From: Octopus bimaculoides
Lineage: Eukaryota
Direction: 5' to 3'
Assembly (NCBI RefSeq): GCF_001194135.2
Contig: NC_069001.1
Span: 11,861,470 to 11,900,062 of the forward strand
Length of the DNA: 38,593 nt
Shown: in pieces, positions 1-12,647 of the stretch
Layout: the number at the start of each line of letters is the position of its first letter
How positions within the stretch are numbered: position 1 is the first letter of the stretch
Notes under the pieces: model-generated
Seen by the model: only the letters and a program-made list of their open reading frames with translations
What the model was told of the DNA's origin: nothing
Databases searched by the model: none
Translations under genes and position numbers: made by a program

Positions 1-2212
1 ATATATACAACTTAAGAAAGCAATCTTCTCTTGTAATAGTCGAATATCCCAGGCGACGCCTAACGCTGCTTTGTAACAGATATTTATAACTTACCAATAT
101 ATCGTTATAATCTCCCACTTCCTATCAACCCCCTACACACCTCCCCGCTTCATCTTTATATTATATATTTTGCACTTAGTAAATCCCAGCACATTTTTGT
201 TCCATAATTCTTGCTATCTACTTAAGGGTTTAGCCCCCATATATTCTTACGTTTATGAACACATATACGTATAAGCTCTTTGGCTTCCGCCATAAATCAC
301 ATTTATATTACTTATCTATAGTTATATTTTAGCGTGTACGTATTTATTTATAAATTGAACATTTATAGAATACCGTCCAATATTTTATTGTTTCGTGATG
401 CAAGTATCAATTTGTATATCACTTCGTATCGATACGGTTTATTAATTCACCTATATTCAATATTATTGGATAATGCTTATACTTTAAATATACTTTTTGC
501 CTTACTAACAAAATCTAAGCCTCGGTACTCTAATGAGCTACCTCAGAAATTCTATTCTTACGATAGTTTAAATTGACTCACTCAATCTCTTGAGAAAACA
601 CCCTCAATTCTACGTCACTGATTCCAATTTTCTAATTCACGCACCAAATATTTCTACTTAAACTCATGCATGTTCATGCGATGGTCTATATACGTGTTGA
701 CATGTATATATGCTTCTGTGTATACGTATATATATACACACACTCACACAAACATATGTATATATATTTATATGTGTGTGTGAATTTATGATTGTATATG
801 CAAGTCTTTGTATGTGTGTGTGTGAATGTATATTTTGTATATGCCATGAAAATATATACTGTTACGTCAGCAGTTTCTTAAAATACAACAATTTGTCATA
901 TTTGTAAGTTCACAATTGCTCTTTATTTATTTATTTATTTATGTATTTATTCATTGATTTAATATTGACTTTGTGCAACCCTATTACGACAGTAAATATC
1001 AAACTAGCAAATACTAGCAGCTCTATCACCACAAAACTATATATAAAATATTTCCCTTATCTATATTAATCAGGAAACAAAATAGATTTTGCAGTATTTT
1101 TTTTTATCTCAGCATGACGGTTTCTTTCTTTTTTGAATGTTTAACCCTTTCTCAATTTTACAAAATCTGGCAATTTTTTCACCTTCTGCTCAATCCGCAG
1201 ATGTACAACCAGATATAGTTATTTGGAAGGAGCACAAACCATTAACGTAGCTAAGACGGAGCGAGGGTCGGGTCCAACGAGGGCGACGCGTTTTGTGTGA
1301 GGATCTGCGGTAATGAACCTGTTTAGACCTTTAGTACTCGGGGTTGTTGGCAAACTCAAGAGCTATTGTTAGCAGCAAACCTACTAGTGGGAGAAACACT
1401 ACTCTCAGGGATATAATTTGCCGTTATTCTGTTGACTCTATTTCTGACTCTAACAGATAAAGCAACAGACTCTCTACGCGTTCTCTATAAACTTCTATTA
1501 TTCCACGACATGTCTCCATTACAGCTATGTATGTTTCTTTTTCTTTCTGTATCTCATTATCTGACGCCGTCTCTCTTTCTGTCAGTCTTTCTTCCTCTTT
1601 CTATAAATAATTTTGTCGTCTGTTGGAAATCACAAATCACACATTGCGAGAATCAAAACGCAATCAACATCTCTTCACCACCATCATTTCACTGTCATCT
1701 ATTGCGATTACAATAACCTTTCATCTATTGAAATTACTAACACAAAGTCTGTTTATATAGCAGACAATATCCCGAATGAATCATCTTTCCGTGTAGATTC
1801 GGTAAATAATGAATAATGAAGATTAACTACGACCATAAGGATATGTAAACTAATAAATACTAAACAAGAACGTATTTCTAACGTTGCTTTAAATGAGTTT
1901 CAAGTTATAATCATCTAAGAAAATACGTGGTTCAAACAACGCTTTAAAGTATGGCTAGCTTCGTTGTTGTCTGCATAAATAACAAAGTCAACATAATCAG
2001 ACATTNNNNNNNNNNNNNNNNNNNNNNNNNNNNNNNNNNNNNNNNNNNNNNNNNNNNNNNNNNNNNNNNNNNNNNNNNNNNNNNNNNNNNNNNNNNNNNN
2101 NNNNNNNNNNNNNNNNNNNNNNNNNNNNNNNNNNNNNNNNNNNNNNNNNNNNNNNNNNNNNNNNNNNNNNNNNNNNNNNNNNNNNNNNNNNNNNNNNNNN
2201 NNNNNATATATA

Positions 2213-2415
2213 ATTTGCAGAAAACAAAAGATGAAGAGAGTTGAAAGAACAATAAGCAGACGTATTAGTTTGACGCACGCGCGAGAATAATAGAAAAGTC
2301 TTTGACGTTTCGAGCCTACGCTCTTTGACAGAAAGGCGTGGGAGAGGGAAAAATTGAGAAAGAACGAAACAGCAGAGAGAAAAAGATGTGTAGTGTTTAA
2401 TGATATAACAGACGC
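2213..2415 (-). mobile_element. Short non-autonomous element, probable Penelope-like pLTR derivative (diverged relative of 22556-22746)
   Basis: Shares GAAAAGTC/GAAAGTC-TTTGACGTTTCGAGC(C)TACGCTCTT..ACAGAAAG and upstream TATTAGT.TGACGC with 22616-22681. The minus-strand 3' end runs into (TA)n next to the gap at 2006-2205. Carries a hammerhead-like motif. Confidence 0.6.
2300..2335 (-). ncRNA. Degenerate minimal type I hammerhead-like motif
   Basis: Minus strand: CTTT-CTGTCAA-A-GAGC(GTAG)GCTC-GAAAC-GTC-AAAG. Stem I CTTT/AAAG, stem II GAGC/GCTC, GAAA, palindromic ACGT and GUC triplet are intact. Core CUGUCAA deviates from CUGANGA. Confidence 0.55.
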
Positions 2416-2590
2416 AGACTGATAAACATAGATAGAGAGAGAAAGGAGACCGAGAGATTGAGCAAAACGTCAACATATATCTTCATATGTCCAAGGAACT
2501 GGCCTCGGTATTCGTCAGTTCTACGAAAGTTTACGAAAGCTGAAAAGTTAAGACAACTTGATACTCAATACGTATAACTTTAACTTTGGA

Positions 2591-2612
2591 TAGATGGATA
2601 GATGAATAGATG

Positions 2613-2674
<62 letters not shown>

Positions 2675-2700
2675 CAAATGGATAGATAGACAGACAGAGA
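2591..2700. repeat. (GATA)n tetranucleotide microsatellite
   Basis: Direct reading; GATG/GACA variant units at the edges. Confidence 0.95.
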
Positions 2701-3361
2701 AATAGAGAGAGATGAATGGATGCATACATTGTTACTTGGTTCCAAGTTTTAAGCGAAAACAAAAAGAAAAAGCAAAGAAATGAATTGATATATTGAAAAC
2801 ACAGTCGTTAATTAGGCATCAAGTTATTTAAAACATTCAGGATCACAGTATGATAAACAAGAAAAAAAATCCTACTAACGCTAGCATTAGCCATTCCCAA
2901 ATATGGAAAGCAACGTAAAGGAGATAGTTAATAGGCATTCATAAGCAACTTCAAAGGAATTGAATGGATGTTAAATAATAAATTTAGTAGTTACGACGAA
3001 ATCTATTATAAGTGAAATGGTTATTGCATAACACTGGTTAAAATTATTGAAAATCATTGGGTAAAAAACAAAAAAACACAAAAAACTATGATTTTAGTAA
3101 TGTAGCATCGAGATTCAGAATTATTATTTCTGTTAGGTCGATAGATGTTTGATGATAAGTATGTGTAGTATACAAGCTGATAAAAAGCGATTAAACCAAA
3201 TTAGAGGCGATGAGGTGATGTTGATGTAGATATGTCGATATCATTGGGTGTAAAATGTTATGGAAGGAAGGAAAATAATAGGAGATGGTGCATGTTTGTA
3301 TATGTGTGCATATCAGTGTACATATGTATATAAATACATACATAGACATATATGCATATAT

Positions 3362-3363
3362 AC

Positions 3364-3438
<75 letters not shown>

Positions 3439-3700
3439 TGTGTGTGTGCGTGTGCTTGTCTGTATGCATAAATGCATGTATAAAACATATCCATATCTAT
3501 CACCATCTCTGTCTTATCAATTNNNNNNNNNNNNNNNNNNNNNNNNNNNNNNNNNNNNNNNNNNNNNNNNNNNNNNNNNNNNNNNNNNNNNNNNNNNNNN
3601 NNNNNNNNNNNNNNNNNNNNNNNNNNNNNNNNNNNNNNNNNNNNNNNNNNNTGTGTGTGTGTGTGTGTGTGTGTATGTGTGTGTGTGTGTGCGTGTGCGT
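3362..3700. repeat. Compound (TA)n(TG)n microsatellites spanning a gap
   Basis: Direct reading: 3362-3450 and 3652-3700. Confidence 0.9.
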
Positions 3701-3826
3701 ATTCAGTTTCCATGGCAAAGATCGACCCGGACCTATTTTAGAAGACACTCATCCAAGGTGCCTTGCAGTGTGGTGAATGAGCACGAGTTGATGCGCTTGC
3801 AGATCGAGTTCATTAACCAAGCGGCT
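3700..3826 (-). mobile_element. Diverged tRNA-derived SINE, family B (CORE-like 5' part)
   Basis: Minus strand CCACACTGCAAGGCACCTTGGATGAGTGTCTTCTAAAATAGG...GGAAACTGAA. Aligns by eye with 18740-18899 and with a recalled octopus SINE containing ACCTTGGGCAAGT. Abuts a TG/CA tract. Confidence 0.6.
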
Positions 3827-4399
3827 TTTCTTTCAGGTTATGTGGAACAAAGACCACGAAAGTAATGGAGTTACGTAGGAAACAGATGCAAAAATCTGAA
3901 AACTGTGACCACAATGTGTTATGTATCAACGCTACTGCTATCTAGCACCTTCGGATGATCTCTACTCAACCGCGACACACTGCTACTCGACTGCTACTCA
4001 ACACACCTACCACGGCCAGATTACCTCCTACTTCTTCGCCTGGGGGCGTCGACACAACACAATGAAACACCAGATGCAAATCATGAACAGCATTAGCGAA
4101 CGCATGGTACGAGCAACCAGAATAAACTCGCTTGTTAGTAACGGCTATTTCAGCTATTTCAAGGTGTAAAATTGCATTTGCTTGAACAATGAAGTTGTAT
4201 TTCTTTCGCATTAATTACAAGTATTTAGTTCATTACCCTAAATTAGATATCGTACAACCCGTCTAGTTTAACACCTTCTACAGTATGTGGTGTTCTCGTT
4301 TACCATAAATGAAATATTTTCAATCATGTCTTGAAATACGTTTCCGAATTTCTAGGTCCTCCAATTTCCCGGTACTTATTCTAATTGAGTTTGATATTG

Positions 4400-4461
4400 T
4401 TTTTAATGGTGTTGGAGTGGGTTGGGATATCGCGTGTTGTTGTTATTCTTTTCATTCCTCT

Positions 4462-4495
<34 letters not shown>

Positions 4496-4625
4496 GCTGT
4501 TGTTTTTGGTGATGATGTGACTGCAGTTGTTGCATCTGATGTAATTTTGTTGTCGTTGTTCTTGCCGTTGGTGCCGTTGTTGATGATGGTTATGTTCGTG
4601 CTACTGTTACCATTCTTGTTGTTGC
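4400..4625. repeat. Degenerate (TTG)n low-complexity tract
   Basis: Direct reading; explains the poly-V/C ORFs. Confidence 0.85.
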
Positions 4626-4809
4626 CTTTACCATTGTCAATGTTCTACTGTATGTCCACCCTGAGAAGAAATCAGACTTTAAATCACATACATTCCAACT
4701 TTGAGCACCCACACTTATACACTCGGCTACGTCTAGTACCACTGTATCTAAATTGTTCTTTATTAAGACGGTAAGGTGACTAAAGGAATTTGGTTATGTA
4801 TCTACCTTT

Positions 4810-4811
<2 letters not shown>

Positions 4812-4855
<44 letters not shown>
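4812..4855. repeat. (CT)n microsatellite
   Basis: Direct reading. Confidence 0.97.
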
Positions 4856-4858
<3 letters not shown>

Positions 4859-5639
4859 TTTCTCTCAATACAATGTAATGTTCGCCGCAGTATCAATTAT
4901 CCAATCATCCAATCAAACTTTGACTCAGGTATTACGAAAGCCCCGTTTTATCTAGCACAATAAAACAGTGGTCTAGAAATTAATAAAAAAAAGGATACCG
5001 CCAGTGCAAAATAAAAATCTCACGTTCAATTTCTATATTTGTTGCTCCAATAAAATGTTCGCCCTTAAAGGTACTGGAGCCAACACTGAAACTTATATCA
5101 ACGACATAGCTAATAAGATGAAAATAGTCCGACTGAGAGGGTGATATCTATCAGCGTAAATCCATTTGAGAAATAAAGAACGAAAGACAAAAAACACCGA
5201 CAGCCAAATCAAGCCGTAACCAACAGATTTGATCGCGACAAATACCGCGATAATTTTTTCTATTTTCAAATAGCTAATATTAGTTCTATACATGGTAATT
5301 CTTTTGGTGTGATTATATCCTAGCAGCATCGATAAGACATTATGGCGATTTCTATTTTTCGGCGGCACTATTACCATATTATTTATAGTAATTCCAATCA
5401 GATTTAGAATCAGTCCAGCGGTTTAAAGTATCTATTTTGTCTATGTTGTCATCCAGTCATCAAGAGTTTATCGATTTACTCTATAAAACACGTTGAAGGA
5501 ATTTAATGAATAGATATACTAAGCGCTGGGTGGTAATCGCAAAGATTTTTGCGGTTGTTGCGTTACTTTGATTACATACATGCATTCATACATGCTTACG
5601 TACACGCAAAACACGTTTTTATATATATGCGTATATACA

Positions 5640-5653
5640 TACAAACACACTCA

Positions 5654-5712
<59 letters not shown>
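5640..5712. repeat. (CA)n microsatellite
   Basis: Direct reading. Confidence 0.95.
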
Positions 5713-6469
5713 ATTTAATTAATTCAATAATAGGATAAAGTCGTAAGGCATTCTTGTATAGTTATGCCCTTATATATATATATACATACATACATACATA
5801 CATATATTATATATATGTGCTTATATATGACACTGTGGGCAAATGGAAGATGATGGGATTCAACACATTTGTTAAGGCTTACGTATAATATTTAATACAG
5901 TCGACTAATCTCCTTGCAACTTAATGTCTTCAAGGGTCCAAAATGGATTCTAAATGTTAGGTTTCCACTGGTCCACTCACGTCCTGTGGTTTTATTATTC
6001 TGGCAGGTCCACGTGATCGGACAGGGTATTGGTAGGTAGCTCTCGCCGCTATGCCTGGAGACTGTGGTATGATATATAGAACGCCATCAGTTCATTACAT
6101 TTATTGATCTGAATAATAAAGACTCCGGCAGATATGGCTTTCATACTTTCTACGGACATTGCTGTGTTGTTAGTAAAATTGGGAACATGCTCACTGTTTC
6201 CCAATCTGTACAATTCTGCATCCAACTCTAAATATTGTTCATGTTAATGGCTGCCATCTGGATAAGCAACCTATTGCTATCTGTGGAGATCAAACCCCCT
6301 ACAATATCAGTTTTGTCAAGACTTCAATGTCGGCACGTTACTTCTTTTGACAACGCATTTATTCCTGCGGAGAAGAGAAAGAATTACGCAATCATTTTTT
6401 GATAAACTGAACCCATTTCTTTGTTACTTACAACACAACACTCCTCTATGTATACAAAGATACACTCAC

Positions 6470-6540
6470 ACACATACATACATATAGACAGACAGACACA
6501 TACATACATATAGACAGACAGACACATAGATAGATAGATG

Positions 6541-6589
<49 letters not shown>

Positions 6590-6590
6590 A
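6470..6590. repeat. (CATA)/(GACA)/(GATA)n compound microsatellite
   Basis: Direct reading. Confidence 0.92.
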
Positions 6591-7126
6591 TAGAAAGAAA
6601 GAGATATAAGCGTGCATTTATAATTATATATGTGTGTGTATTTATATAATGTATACGTGTATACATAGAGCCATGTGAAAGAGTATGTGTGCGTGTGCAT
6701 ATACATATATCCATGTTTATATGTATGTATGTATAAATATGTGTGCGTGCACATACATGTATACATACATAGTCACAGAGTCAAACGCAGTTGCATGTAT
6801 GTATTAGCATCTGACTTCAACACACGAAAGAAATGTAGAACCGTACGCATGGAACATGCTTGCATGGAACACCAATCGTATTTATAATGACTGTACGACT
6901 GGATGATAGACGTAAAATGAAGCCCCCTAACTAGTAAATGAATGGTGGATAATAAATAATAAATACATGTACAAATAAATAAATAAATAAATATAGATTG
7001 AAAGACGGAAAGAAAGGGGGTGGGGGAGAAATCAAGGAAACGAACTGGAAGCGAAGAAAGTGAAGATATAAATATGTGTGTATGTGTGCATATATCTGTA
7101 TAATATATGTGTGCGTGATTTTGTGT

Positions 7127-7177
<51 letters not shown>

Positions 7178-8429
7178 NNNNNNNNNNNNNNNNNNNNNNN
7201 NNNNNNNNNNNNNNNNNNNNNNNNNNNNNNNNNNNNNNNNNNNNNNNNNNNNNNNNNNNNNNNNNNNNNNNNNNNNNNNNNNNNNNNNNNNNNNNNNNNN
7301 NNNNNNNNNNNNNNNNNNNNNNNNNNNNNNNNNNNNNNNNNNNNNNNNNNNNNNNNNNNNNNNNNNNNNNNNNNNNNNNNNNNNNNNNNNNNNNNNNNNN
7401 NNNNNNNNNNNNNNNNNNNNNNNNNNNNNNNNNNNNNNNNNNNNNNNNNNNNNNNNNNNNNNNNNNNNNNNNNNNNNNNNNNNNNNNNNNNNNNNNNNNN
7501 NNNNNNNNNNNNNNNNNNNNNNNNNNNNNNNNNNNNNNNNNNNNNNNNNNNNNNNNNNNNNNNNNNNNNNNNNNNNNNNNNNNNNNNNNNNNNNNNNNNN
7601 NNNNNNNNNNNNNNNNNNNNNNNNNNNNNNNNNNNNNNNNNNNNNNNNNNNNNNNNNNNNNNNNNNNNNNNNNNNNNNNNNNNNNNNNNNNNNNNNNNNN
7701 NNNNNNNNNNNNNNNNNNNNNNNNNNNNNNNNNNNNNNNNNNNNNNNNNNNNNNNNNNNNNNNNNNNNNNNNNNNNNNNNNNNNNNNNNNNNNNNNNNNN
7801 NNNNNNNNNNNNNNNNNNNNNNNNNNNNNNNNNNNNNNNNNNNNNNNNNNNNNNNNNNNNNNNNNNNNNNNNNNNNNNNNNNNNNNNNNNNNNNNNNNNN
7901 NNNNNNNNNNNNNNNNNNNNNNNNNNNNNNNNNNNNNNNNNNNNNNNNNNNNNNNNNNNNNNNNNNNNNNNNNNNNNNNNNNNNNNNNNNNNNNNNNNNN
8001 NNNNNNNNNNNNNNNNNNNNNNNNNNNNNNNNNNNNNNNNNNNNNNNNNNNNNNNNNNNNNNNNNNNNNNNNNNNNNNNNNNNNNNNNNNNNNNNNNNNN
8101 NNNTATATTCGGCATCGTGTTTGTGCCGGTATTCGTAGTGCTTCTCATGTATTATTCCTTCTTGCCTCATCAAGTTTGAAACTTTACAAATGTTATGACG
8201 GGGACCAGTCATACGTTGTGATTTATTTATCTGATAATTTGTGTCTTCGGTCCGTAGTTGCTTAGTTATTTATGCCTCTATTCGTTTGCGTTTTGCGTAT
8301 GCAAAGGCGTGTTTCGCGTGACAACGTGACTAACAGGACGTCGACCGTATTCTGTCGCTGACCCGGTTGCCAGTGAGTGTCGTCGCTGTGGTCGTCGTAT
8401 TTGAATTCCGCTGCGCCTATGACAATGAA

Positions 8430-8623
8430 TATGGTGGTGATGATGACGATGATGATGATGATGAGATTGACGATTACGATGACGACGATAGCGATGATAA
8501 TGGTGATAATGATGATGAGGATTCGCAGGAGGAGTATATTGCTGAAGTCGATGCTTGAATTGATAATGAGACTAAAGAAACAGACGTTCACCATTATGAT
8601 GACGATGACGATGATGATGATGA

Positions 8624-8655
<32 letters not shown>

Positions 8656-8665
8656 ATGATGGTCG
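8430..8665. repeat. Degenerate (GAT)n/(GCT)n trinucleotide tract
   Basis: Direct reading. Confidence 0.9.
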
Positions 8666-8877
8666 TAGGGGTGGAGGTGGATGTGGTTCAGGTAGTTGCT
8701 GTGGTGGAAATGGGGATGGAGTTATTGCTGATGGTGTTGAAGATAAGGAGCAAGTTATTAGGCGAAATATGGCGTATGCAATGGAGATATGCGATAAGTG
8801 CAAAAATTTCACACTTGTAGTCGTAGCGCTATTACATTTTTTTTTTTTTTTTGGTTAACATATGACTCGTAATAAAA

Positions 8878-8952
8878 GCAGCAGCAACAGCAACAACAAC
8901 AACAAGAAGCAGCAAGGACAACAACAGCAGCAACAACAACAACAACAACAGC

Positions 8953-9008
<56 letters not shown>

Positions 9009-9094
9009 TAATAATAACGACAACAACGACGACAACAACAACAATAATAATAATGATAATAATAATGATAATAATAATAATAATAATAATAATA
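8878..9094. repeat. (CAG)/(AAC)n/(AAT)n compound microsatellite
   Basis: Direct reading. Confidence 0.95.
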
Positions 9095-9548
9095 AAAGAC
9101 GGATCAGACCCACATGTGACAGTAGTTGTTCGACATTATCCCACATGTCGGCAATGCCCGGACATTGAACGAGTGCGTGCAAAACGGTTTCGTCACTCTG
9201 CGCGCACCCCGAACAAGCTCGTCTGACAGCACATTCCTGTCTGCAGAGTTTATCTCGGACCAGTAGCACCTACGGTATCACTTCCATGCCAAGGACATCT
9301 GGAAATTATCCATGATTTTTCCCGACCGGAAAGCCCCCCAGAACAGTCTAACAAGTTCGTTTTCGTCGGCAATAAGAGTTTACCCGAAAATATCATCACA
9401 CTTTCCCACACCTAATCATCAATAAGTTTCTAAAGCGGAACATCCAGCGATCCCATTGCCCGACTGCTAGAGGGCTGTGAGCCCCTGACGACATTCTAAT
9501 CTTATAATAATTCTGCTTGGCTTCCCGTTATTTAGCCCGTCCGTAACA
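9095..9548 (-). pseudogene. Decayed L1/Tx1-clade non-LTR retrotransposon ORF2 C-terminal fragment (zf-RVT-like zinc-binding region)
   Basis: Minus strand translates, with stops and a frameshift, as ..KCDDIFG*TLIADENELVRLFWGAFRSGKIMDNFQMSLAWK*YR / LLVRDKLCRQECAVRRACSGCAQSDETVLHALVQCPGIADMWDNVEQLLSHVG. The CxxC-x4-ETxxHxLxxC-x5-W pattern matches the zinc-binding domain following RT in L1/Tx1 ORF2. Confidence 0.75.
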
Positions 9549-9997
9549 TTTTCCCATGATTATTTGAAGAGGGAGAGGAAGAGGGGTATGGTGTGGGATG
9601 GAGGGGAGTGGTTAGTGGTGGGGGAAGAGGATGAGGATGAGGTGGTGGGTGAAATGTGTAATTTGTATTTTTACTAATTGTTTTCCTCGTTACTTTTAAG
9701 CCTGTAACGCTTTCACGTTATTAGTTGAAGGGAAAGGAGAAGAGAAAGCAAAGAGAAAAAGAGGTTAAAGCGACGAGCGAGAGAAAGAAGGAGCCTTTGT
9801 TGAATTGTACATAAAGTATGTAAAGTGTATATGCAAAGTGTATTAAGTAATTATCGTATTCCAATTACCTTGGAATGAGCGACTATCTTTTGAAACTTAC
9901 ACATCAAAGACTATGCTTTCAAATAAACTTTTTAGAAGACTTTTTAGAAATAACCCAATAAGTTTACCATTAATTCCGTGAAATATTCAGCGATCCC

Positions 9998-10002
<5 letters not shown>

Positions 10003-10080
<78 letters not shown>
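10003..10080. repeat. (AAT)n microsatellite
   Basis: Direct reading. Confidence 0.97.
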
Positions 10081-10082
<2 letters not shown>

Positions 10083-10535
10083 GATGGGCTACAGCAAATA
10101 TTCTGCTTAATACCACAGATTTGCTTGTCAGATGTTTGACTTTAACCAGTTGAGCATGTCCCTTGGTGGCTGACAATATGTGCATCTCTGATGACAAGCA
10201 GAAGTAGTGGGGGAGCATCATAGCCATGTGTTAAGAGGAATTATTTGAAGGGTTTTGAATAATTCACCTTTGGAAACATGGCTGTTTTGCTCAACATCCT
10301 TAAACAAACCTTATTCAGGGATCTTTTGAGCGGGATGGGATACGCGACCTGAAGAAAACTCTAACTGGGTTCCACCAACGAAGTCATGCGCTGTTTCTGT
10401 AGATATGCGATCAGTATGTCGCGCAAATATGGTTGTGATGCATTTGCCTTGTGTACCCTTATCAGACGGGTAGTCATGATGGGTATAATGGGCTTCGTAT
10501 ATTTTACCCCAGTGTCACTTTAATGGCATGCACTG
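10081..10535 (+). mobile_element. Unclassified ~455-bp interspersed repeat (AAGATGGGCTACAGCAAATATTCTG...GGCATGCACTG)
   Basis: High-complexity island between two microsatellites. It matches from memory a high-copy octopus repeat. No second copy in the window and no ORF, so both class and strand are unverified. Confidence 0.5.
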
Positions 10536-10760
10536 ATGATCATGATGACGATGATCATGATGGTGATGATGATGACAATGATGGTGGTAATGTTGATCGT
10601 GATGATCGCGTTGATGATGATGGTGATAATCGTGAAGATGATGATGGTTATGATGACGATGATGATGGTGATGATGATGTTGATGATGATGATGATGGCG
10701 GCGTTGGTGAGGATGATGATGATGATGATGAGGATGATGATGGTGATAATGATGATAATA

Positions 10761-10793
<33 letters not shown>

Positions 10794-10956
10794 GTGAGGA
10801 TGATGATGATGTNNNNNNNNNNNNNNNNNNNNNNNNNNNNNNNNNNNNNNNNCGATGATGATGGTGATGATGATGTTGATGATGATGATGATGGCGGCGT
10901 TGGTGAGGATGATGATGATGATGATGAGGATGATGATGGTGATAATGATGATAATA

Positions 10957-10989
<33 letters not shown>

Positions 10990-11070
10990 GTGAGGATGAT
11001 GATGATGTTGACGATGATGATGTTGTTGATGAGCATGATGATGTTGATGATGATCATGATGATCATGATG
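10536..11070. repeat. Long imperfect (GAT)n array with a 40-N gap
   Basis: Direct reading; source of the poly-D/M/H/I ORFs. Confidence 0.95.
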
Positions 11071-11818
11071 AGGAGGAGGAGAGGGGAAAAATGCGGAGAA
11101 CAATAAGAAGAATCAGAAGATCAGGAAGAAGAAAATAGGAGAAAGGAAAAAATGAGAAGTAAAAGACGAAATTTCAAAACAATAAAAAATTCAACATGTC
11201 CACCACTTCCACCAGTAACAGCGCTGCTCCGCTTCCATCACAGTCATCGTTACCGAGAACACCATTATCATCCACATCCTCATCTCCATCCTCATCTCAT
11301 CATCATCATCAGCCTCATCATCATCTTCATCATCATCATTTACAAGAAATGAAAAACAAAAGCAACAAAATCTACAACTGCAACCACGAGCGGTGTTTGT
11401 GAAGAAGTTGCTGGTTGCTGAACTAATCAGCGAAATGGAAGATTCATCAAATAGCAGAACAGAGATAGGGAGATCAAGGGTTAACGAAGTTGGAAATCAA
11501 CGGTGTTTATCTGTCAAAACATATCGGTTAATGATACTCAAGTTTAAGAAGTCTGTCCGGGTGGTGCGGGTGGTGGTGGTGGTGNNNNNNNNNNNNNNNN
11601 NNNNNNNNNNNNNNNNNNNNNNNNNNNNNNNNNNNNNNNNNNNNNNNNNNNNNNNNNNNNNNNNNNNNNNNNNNNNNNNNNNNNNNNNNNNNNNNNNNNN
11701 NNNNNNNNNNNNNNNNNNNNNNNNNNNNNNNNNNNNNNNNNNNNNNNNNNNNNNNNNNNNNNNNNNNNNNNNNNNNNNNNNNNNNNNNNNNNNNNNNNNN
11801 NNNNNNNNNNNNNGTGCA

Positions 11819-12140
11819 GACGATGATGATGATGATGGTGATGCTGATGGACGAGGAAATGGAAGAGGAAGAGGAAAAGAGAGAAGAAGAAGAAGAAGAA
11901 GAAGAAGAAGAAGAAGAAGAAGAAGAAGAAGATGATGATGATGATGATGATGATGACGATGGTGGTGGTGATGCTGATGATGATGATGGTGATAAAGGTG
12001 ACGACAACGCCGACGACAACGACGAAGATGACAATGCGGCAGAGAAGCAAGGAAGGAAGGAAGGAAGGAAGAAAGAAGAAGATGATGATGATGAGGATGA
12101 TGATAATGATGATGACGACGACGACGATGACGACGACGAT
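11819..12140. repeat. (GAT)n/(GAA)n/(GAC)n compound trinucleotide array
   Basis: Direct reading. Confidence 0.95.
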
Positions 12141-12647
12141 GAAAGTCTGTTGAAACCGATAGCGGAGAACAAATGATCCGACAAGCATCGTTATATTCCG
12201 TAAGAGAGTGCGTCTTCACTGAAAGAGTGGAGCCTAGAAGCTTGCTTAAAATATCCGTACTAAAAATATAGCTACAAATACTAGACACCCATTGGTTATC
12301 TGAAGTTGTTTTTGCTGCCCTCTATTGTTTCGCTAACTTTAACTCAAGTGAAACTTGAGTGAGCGAATCAATGATCAAGGTAAACCTAGAGAGAGAAACA
12401 TTGAATGTTTTTTCTTTTCTTTTTTTTTTAAGGGTTTTACGACTACATTAATTCATGTATGATACTTGATTGTTAAAATGGCGTTTTAGTTTAAGAGAAT
12501 CTTGCGTGTTGCGATTAGCGTATCGATAGTCTCTTTAGAAACTCGTTTCTGTGTTCAATATCAGATTCTTTGCAAACATCTTGCTGATATATGTGCTAAC
12601 AGTTGGAAGCTACGCATACCAGTTGCTAGGAAATAGTTGTTGTTAAA

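Noticed and set aside
2461-2530. Minus-strand CTGACGA followed by a good hairpin (CCGAGG/CCTTGG) and GAAG
   Set aside because: No GAAA and no consistent stem III or stem I register, so not called a hammerhead.
3921-4169. 82-aa ORF with LAPSD and ..SNGYF, faintly like a mariner transposase C-terminus
   Set aside because: Only two short motif echoes with implausible spacing; no TIR or catalytic residues identifiable.
6773-8265. 300-480 aa ORFs, and similar ones at 34389-35683
   Set aside because: Almost entirely N-gap plus (TA)n; no coding information.
10451-12288. Long poly-D/M/H/S/E ORFs
   Set aside because: They are translations of (GAT)n/(GAA)n arrays, open in most frames and on both strands, crossing N-gaps and a probable false duplication.
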